Shown here piece by piece: positions 59,007 to 64,000 of a DNA stretch of 64,000 nt (position 1 is the stretch's first letter; each line of letters opens with the position of its first letter). The notes below the pieces were generated by a model. That model saw nothing but the letters and a program-made list of their open reading frames with translations, searched no databases and had not been told where the DNA came from. The DNA lies in assembly GCA_965226555.1 (NCBI GenBank), contig CBDDDG010000010.1:64001-128000 (forward strand). The letters run 5' to 3'. A program made the translations under genes and the position numbers. Source of the DNA: Salinispira sp. (lineage in GTDB: Bacteria > Spirochaetota > Spirochaetia > DSM-27196 > Salinispiraceae).

Positions 59007-60047
59007 ATGAGCAAAATTCCTGTCGCAATTCTCGGAGCCACCGGTACCGTTGGACAAAAATTTGTTACCCTGCTTAAGAATCATCCTCAGTTTGAAATGC
59101 GCGAACTCGTTGCATCGCCCCGTTCGGCGGGGAAGATCTATAAGGAGGCGGTTCGCTGGAAACAGGATGAGGATATTCCCGCAGCGGCGGCAGATATGAC
59201 TGTTCTCCCCCTCAATTCGGAATTACAGAGCCGCATCCTTTTCTCGGGGCTCGATAGCTCAGTCGCGGGAGAAGCCGAAAGCCGCTTCGCAGCCGCAGGG
59301 CACATCGTCATATCAAACTCAAAAAACCACCGCATGGATCCCCTCGTCCCTCTGGTCATTCCCGAAATTAACGCAGACCATTTTGCCCTCACCGAGAAGC
59401 AGCCCGGCAGCGGCAGCATTGTTACCAACTCAAACTGCTCAACCATGTTCCTCACCATGGTACTGGCCCCCCTGCATGAGGCCTTCGGCCTTGAAAGCGT
59501 TCAGGTGAGCACCATGCAGGCCATAAGCGGAGCGGGGTATCCGGGAACATCCGGCATGGACATTCTCGGCAACGTCATTCCCCACATCCCCGGGGAGGAA
59601 AACAAGCTCGAAACCGAGCCCCTGAAAATTCTCGGCGCGCTGACAGAGGGCGGCATTCGGCCAGCCGCCTTCACCCTCAGCGCCCAGTGCAACCGGGTGC
59701 CGGTATTTGACGGTCACAGCGAGAACATCTCCATACAATTCCAACGCAGCCCCCGCCCCAGCCCTGCCGATGTGAAGGAAGTGCTTGGCAATTTCACCGG
59801 AGGCATGAAACAGCGGCTCTATTCCTCGCCTGAGTCCTTCATTGTACTGCGCGATAATGATGACCGCCCCCAACCCCTGCTCGACCTCCATGTGAACAAG
59901 GGCATGAGCGCGGTGGTGGGACGCATCCGTCCCTGCCCGGTCATGGATATGAAAATGACCATTCTCGGGCATAATACCATACGCGGCGCGGCGGGCGCTG
60001 CCATCCTCAATGCGGAAGCCATGCTTGCCTTGGGGTATATACGTTGA
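59007..60047 (+). CDS. asd: Aspartate-semialdehyde dehydrogenase
   Basis: GATGTVGQKF, PEIN, NSNCST, QAISGAG and HNTIRGAAG motifs. Confidence 0.96.
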   Translation: MSKIPVAILGATGTVGQKFVTLLKNHPQFEMRELVASPRSAGKIYKEAVRWKQDEDIPAAAADMTVLPLNSELQSRILFSGLDSSVAGEAESRFAAAGHIVISNSKNHRMDPLVPLVIPEINADHFALTEKQPGSGSIVTNSNCSTMFLTMVLAPLHEAFGLESVQVSTMQAISGAGYPGTSGMDILGNVIPHIPGEENKLETEPLKILGALTEGGIRPAAFTLSAQCNRVPVFDGHSENISIQFQRSPRPSPADVKEVLGNFTGGMKQRLYSSPESFIVLRDNDDRPQPLLDLHVNKGMSAVVGRIRPCPVMDMKMTILGHNTIRGAAGAAILNAEAMLALGYIR

Positions 60048-60068
60048 TGGAGCGCGGCAGGCGCTGGG

Positions 60069-61535
60069 GTGTGTGAATTGATTGTGCAGAAATTCGGCGG
60101 AACCAGCGTGGGCTCTGCCGATATGATAAACAGGGTTCTCAAAATCGCCCGGGAGCAGCAGGAAAAGCAGCCCGTGGTACTTGTTGCCTCCGCAATGGGC
60201 GGCGCAACTTCAGCGTTGGAGCGCATGGGAGAGCATGCCGCCGCCGGCAGGAGCGCAGCTGCTGCCGATACACTCCGCCAGCTCAAAAATCAACACTATA
60301 CCGCCCTTGTCGATCTTCTTGAAGTTCCCCTCTATGAACAGGGGAAAAAAGCCCTGAGCAGTATTTTTGATGAAATAAAAAAACTGCTGTCCGGCATGGA
60401 ACTCATTCGCGAAGTCAGCGTCAACTCCATGAACACCCTCCTCAGCTTCGGTGAAATCCTCTCTACCACCCTCATCTACTACCGAGCGCTCCAGCTCGGC
60501 ATGAAGGCCGCGCTCCTCGACAGCAGAAAATTCATGAAAACACAACAGGAATATACCAGAAATGTTCTCGCAGTTGAAAAAACATATCGGGCAATTCGGA
60601 AACAGCTGCGGCCGCAGGCAGGACTACTTCTCATTGCCCAGGGGTTTATTGCCTCGGATGAACAGGAGCTGACAACGACCCTCGGCAGAGGCGGCTCCGA
60701 TTACAGCGCCACCATTATTGCCGCCGCGCTCAATGCCGATGAAGTGCAGATATGGACCGATGTAAACGGCATTATGACCTGCGACCCGCGCATCATACAA
60801 CAGGCAGCCACCATTGAGGAACTGAGCTATGAGGAGGCTGCCGAGCTGAGCTACTTCGGCGCCAAAGTTATTCATCCGGCTGCCATCCAGCCTGCCGTGG
60901 AGAAAAACATTCCGGTTCTGGTAAAAAATACCCGCAGGCCGGAAGAGCCGGGCAGCCGCATCCACCGAAGGGGCGGACGGCGGGGAATTCAGGGAATAAT
61001 CGGCAAGAGCGGGGTTACTCTTGTTACCATTCAATCGTCCCGCATGCTCAATGCCTACGGATTTCTCAGAAAAATTTTTGAAATTTTTGAGAAGTACCAG
61101 GCGCCCATCGACATCATTGCCACCTCTGAGGTATCCGTTTCCCTTACCATTGACGATAACCATACAATGACAGTCATGGAAAAGGAGTTGAAAGCCTTCT
61201 CCACCGTGCATATTGAACGGAATATGGCAAGTATCAGTCTTGTCGGACAAAATTTATGGAATAGCTCATTCCTCAGCAACGAAGTGCTTGCTGCTCTTGC
61301 TCATGTTCCTCTGCGGATGATAAGTCTGGGAGGAGCCAATATAAACCTGAGTATTGTCGTTCCGCGCGATGAGCTTGATACTACCCTGCGCCGTCTGCAC
61401 GATACTCTCTTTCCTCAGAATGATATTGATGGCAGGGGCAATGGCGATATTGATGGCGGGGGCGGCGATGATGATATTGATGGTGGGGGTGATAATGGTG
61501 ATATTGATGGCGGCGGCGATGGCGAGCATTTTTAA
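60069..61535 (+). CDS. lysC: Aspartate kinase with acidic Gly-rich C-terminal repeat tail
   Basis: QKFGGTSV, TTLGRGGSDYSA, WTDVNG, ELSYFGAKVIHP and ACT domains. Confidence 0.95.
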   Translation: MCELIVQKFGGTSVGSADMINRVLKIAREQQEKQPVVLVASAMGGATSALERMGEHAAAGRSAAAADTLRQLKNQHYTALVDLLEVPLYEQGKKALSSIFDEIKKLLSGMELIREVSVNSMNTLLSFGEILSTTLIYYRALQLGMKAALLDSRKFMKTQQEYTRNVLAVEKTYRAIRKQLRPQAGLLLIAQGFIASDEQELTTTLGRGGSDYSATIIAAALNADEVQIWTDVNGIMTCDPRIIQQAATIEELSYEEAAELSYFGAKVIHPAAIQPAVEKNIPVLVKNTRRPEEPGSRIHRRGGRRGIQGIIGKSGVTLVTIQSSRMLNAYGFLRKIFEIFEKYQAPIDIIATSEVSVSLTIDDNHTMTVMEKELKAFSTVHIERNMASISLVGQNLWNSSFLSNEVLAALAHVPLRMISLGGANINLSIVVPRDELDTTLRRLHDTLFPQNDIDGRGNGDIDGGGGDDDIDGGGDNGDIDGGGDGEHF

Positions 61536-61917
61536 GCGTGTGCGGCGTCTGCTGAGATCTGCCATTTCCAATTCTGACGAAAAACCCGGCATCGACTATC
61601 AGCAGGCCTGGGATGAACTCAACGAATTCCTCGAAACCGACAAAACGCAGAAGCCCCGACCGAGCGACCGCAGCCGACAATCAGCGCAATCCGCGCAGCG
61701 CCTCGCCGAAGACTATGCAAATCTGGAACTGTCTCCCTATGCCGACATTGCCGCAATCAGAAAGAACTATATGCGGCTGTTGGCGGCATATCATCCCGAC
61801 AAGTACATTCGGAATCCAGACAAACAGATCATTGCCAACGAAATAACCGTTCGGCTGAATAAATCGTACCAGCGCATTATGGAAGATCGGCAAAAAAAGT
61901 GGGATATTAAGGTTTGA
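61519..61917 (+). CDS. J-domain (DnaJ-like) protein; last codons supplied by the IS end
   Basis: YANLEL...IRKNYMRLLAAYHPDK (HPD motif). Confidence 0.85.
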   Translation: MASIFKRVRRLLRSAISNSDEKPGIDYQQAWDELNEFLETDKTQKPRPSDRSRQSAQSAQRLAEDYANLELSPYADIAAIRKNYMRLLAAYHPDKYIRNPDKQIIANEITVRLNKSYQRIMEDRQKKWDIKV

Positions 61918-63151
61918 ACAGACCCCACTTTGACCTATTATGCGATCATTTCTTCCGAGTGCCAAGCCCTCCATCGCTCAAGCGTCGGCCGTGTGAGCCG
62001 TTGCTCCATTATGATCGGCTTGAGCCGGAGAATATCACTATCCACATCGGTATTCCGCTGCCTCAAAAGATCCAGCGGAGTCCCTTTGCGGTAGGTGTTG
62101 AACCGCCGGTAATTGAAATCTATCTGATACTCCTCGGCTTCCTTAAGAAACTCATTGAGCTTTGGATTCATCACCTGACTGTAGAACTCATCCTCAATGA
62201 GCCGGTGCGAGGACTCGACAGAACTGTTCCATGTGCAATGCCCGGGCGGAATACGCCGATACTCGACACCCGCCTGTATGAGCGCCTGCTCAAACCCCGA
62301 TGTTCGGGTTTTGCTCAGATGCCGAACGGTGAACTCTGCCCCGTTATCGGTCTGAACCGTTATGCCGTTGACAAGGTCTCCGCCGCGATTCCGCAGGTGC
62401 TCCAGCAGGTACTCGGCGAACAAGGTTGTTACCATACTGCTCTTCTCATTGGCAAAGGCGTACCACAGAGCCCCTGTCGCCCGATCCCGGGCAGTTATCT
62501 GGTACTTCGGAACGTCTAAACACTTCTGAGAAAACCGCATAGCGGGAATGTCCGTCAGATACTTGATATCAATCTGAATGCACTCGCCAAACTTCATCCT
62601 GTCGGTTACCTCCCGCAAATCTCTCTTGGGCCGCGCCTTCGGCTTCTTTGTTTTCCGCGCCCCTATCTGCTTTAGCGTCTTGATAATTGTCGGCAGGCTG
62701 TACTCCCCGCCAACTTCCGCCTTCAACTGCTTTTGCACCTGCGTTCCAATGATTTTGTTGTGATTCCGATTCTTGGTCTGGGCAAGACTCTCGAGATGAC
62801 ACCGGTGCCCGAATTTCATCTTCATCGGATGATTGGTCGTGCCCCGCTTTTTGTCTTCAAGCCCCTCGCCGGATTCAAAGCGCCGAACCCACCGCCGCAC
62901 CGTGTTGCGCGACACCTCGAACTCCCGAGCAGCCGCCTTGATCGAATGCTCCTGGGCATACCGAACCATCCGCAACCGCCAATCATACATCGAAGCCGCC
63001 TGATACTTCCGAGACTTGAGATGATACTGAGAATATGTGATACTACTGTTCACTGTTTCCCTCCTTTTATGTTTTATACAACCCCCAGTGTATACGAATA
63101 ACCTTCGTTTTACACTGGGGAGGAGGGGTCTGTCCAAAGGTTTATATCCCA
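61900..63151 (-). mobile_element. Insertion sequence (IS481/IS1202-like), about 1.25 kb
   Basis: 27-bp imperfect terminal inverted repeats (61900..61926 and 63125..63151, 23/27 match, TG...CA ends); flanking direct repeat GATCGGCAAAAAAAG at 61885..61899 and 63152..63166. Confidence 0.88.
61938..63053 (-). CDS. DDE transposase (HTH + integrase core)
   Basis: AAREFEVSRNTVRRWVRRF HTH; IQIDIK, QTDNGAEF and N.SVESSH motifs; GTG 63053 follows AGGAGG. Confidence 0.92.
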   Translation of the reverse strand: MNSSITYSQYHLKSRKYQAASMYDWRLRMVRYAQEHSIKAAAREFEVSRNTVRRWVRRFESGEGLEDKKRGTTNHPMKMKFGHRCHLESLAQTKNRNHNKIIGTQVQKQLKAEVGGEYSLPTIIKTLKQIGARKTKKPKARPKRDLREVTDRMKFGECIQIDIKYLTDIPAMRFSQKCLDVPKYQITARDRATGALWYAFANEKSSMVTTLFAEYLLEHLRNRGGDLVNGITVQTDNGAEFTVRHLSKTRTSGFEQALIQAGVEYRRIPPGHCTWNSSVESSHRLIEDEFYSQVMNPKLNEFLKEAEEYQIDFNYRRFNTYRKGTPLDLLRQRNTDVDSDILRLKPIIMEQRLTRPTLERWRAWHSEEMIA

Positions 63152-63395
63152 GATCGGCAAAAAAAGTAACTGCAGAGCACTTATGGTTGAATTCGCACCC
63201 CCGAAATTTTTTTCTTGCACATGTTTTCTAAACCTGATACTATACTGCAACCGCAAAAATAATGGCGGGATCTGTCAGAATTTTTCTGATGGGTGGATTT
63301 TGTTGTTGACAGGTTTTGTGAGCGCAATTATACTGCTCATATACTTATGAGACCGTTGCCATGCAAAGGTTTCTATTACTGTAAGGAGTGAAAGT

Positions 63396-64000
63396 ATGAA
63401 AATTAAATTTATGGGGGGGGGGGTAACCCTTTTCATTCTCTGCTCAATGTTTATTGCATTGATATCGGGATGTCCAATGCCGGAACCCGAGCCAACCGCG
63501 CCGGGTACAATGGCTGCCCCAGACCTTAAAGCGGGGGATGAGGAACTCATTGCTACATGGACTGCGCCGGAAGATAACGGCGGCAGCCCCATTACCGGAT
63601 ATGAGCTGCAATATCGCACAGGCAGCGGAGAATGGACAGGAATGAGCTCTGGCATCGGCACAAATACAAGCCACAGCATTACAGGACTGACAAACGGCGC
63701 TGCCTACGAAGTACAGGTGCGCGCCGTCAATGCAATCGGCGCTGGCGACTGGTCGGAATCTGCCGCTGAAACCCCTGTCACCGTTCCTGACGCGCCGGCT
63801 GCCCCAACCCTTTATGCGGGCACTGGGCGGATCGTTGCGAGATGGACTGCGCCGGAAGATACCGGAGGGAGCGCCATTACCGGGTACGAATTGCAGTATC
63901 TTACAGGCGGCGGAGCATGGACGGAAATTAGCGAAGGCATTACTGGCACAGACCACTGCATTACCGGTCTGACAAACGGCATTGTCTACGGAGTACAGGC
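63396..64000 (+). CDS. Fn3-repeat lipoprotein with poly-G in the signal peptide (runs off the window end)
   Basis: AAGGAG SD; MKIKFMGGGVTLFILCSMFIALISG-CPMPEPEP; two Fn3 domains similar to 1451..2803. Confidence 0.88.
   Translation, partial: MKIKFMGGGVTLFILCSMFIALISGCPMPEPEPTAPGTMAAPDLKAGDEELIATWTAPEDNGGSPITGYELQYRTGSGEWTGMSSGIGTNTSHSITGLTNGAAYEVQVRAVNAIGAGDWSESAAETPVTVPDAPAAPTLYAGTGRIVARWTAPEDTGGSAITGYELQYLTGGGAWTEISEGITGTDHCITGLTNGIVYGVQ

Overview
A 64 kb chromosomal segment of a spirochaete. The assignment rests on flgB-flgC-fliE, rpoN-hpf-hprK-ptsH, a lone groES and spirochaete-style lipoboxes; a host-associated lifestyle is my inference. Core genes include pfp, an NtrY/NtrX-like two-component pair, holA, queA-ruvB-ruvA-ruvC-yebC, murA, a ribose ABC/rbsK operon, a beta-carbonic anhydrase, tRNA-Leu(GAG), pepT, a DinG-like helicase, asd and lysC. 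The accessory layer has six main parts. (1) An eight-gene sulfur-relay operon joins a protein-thiocarboxylate homocysteine pathway (ThiS-like carrier with a masked GG, MetY-like enzyme, ThiF/MoeB, JAMM) to a YeeE/TusA thiosulfate-uptake module and two exported proteins. (2) A dispersed Rpn-family system has two intact full-length genes, each with a strong internal Shine-Dalgarno defining a nested small C-terminal ORF, plus three stand-alone small C-terminal ORFs and a 4 kb mosaic of recombined rpn fragments. (3) Five paralogous fibronectin-III lipoproteins carry alternative C-terminal modules (DUF285/BspA or FG-GAP), with DNA evidence of module swapping and a poly-G tract in one signal peptide. 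(4) A palindromic REP/MITE-like family occurs about 20 times and also interrupts an rpn gene. (5) There is a low-GC YhdJ-type restriction-modification pair and an AAA/DUF3696-like cassette flanked by 50-bp direct repeats. (6) An IS481/IS1202-like element has a 15-17 bp target duplication, and related solo ends lie beside rpn genes. Microhomology deletions and short in-frame tandem duplications are frequent. All family assignments come from motif recognition by eye; no searches were run.
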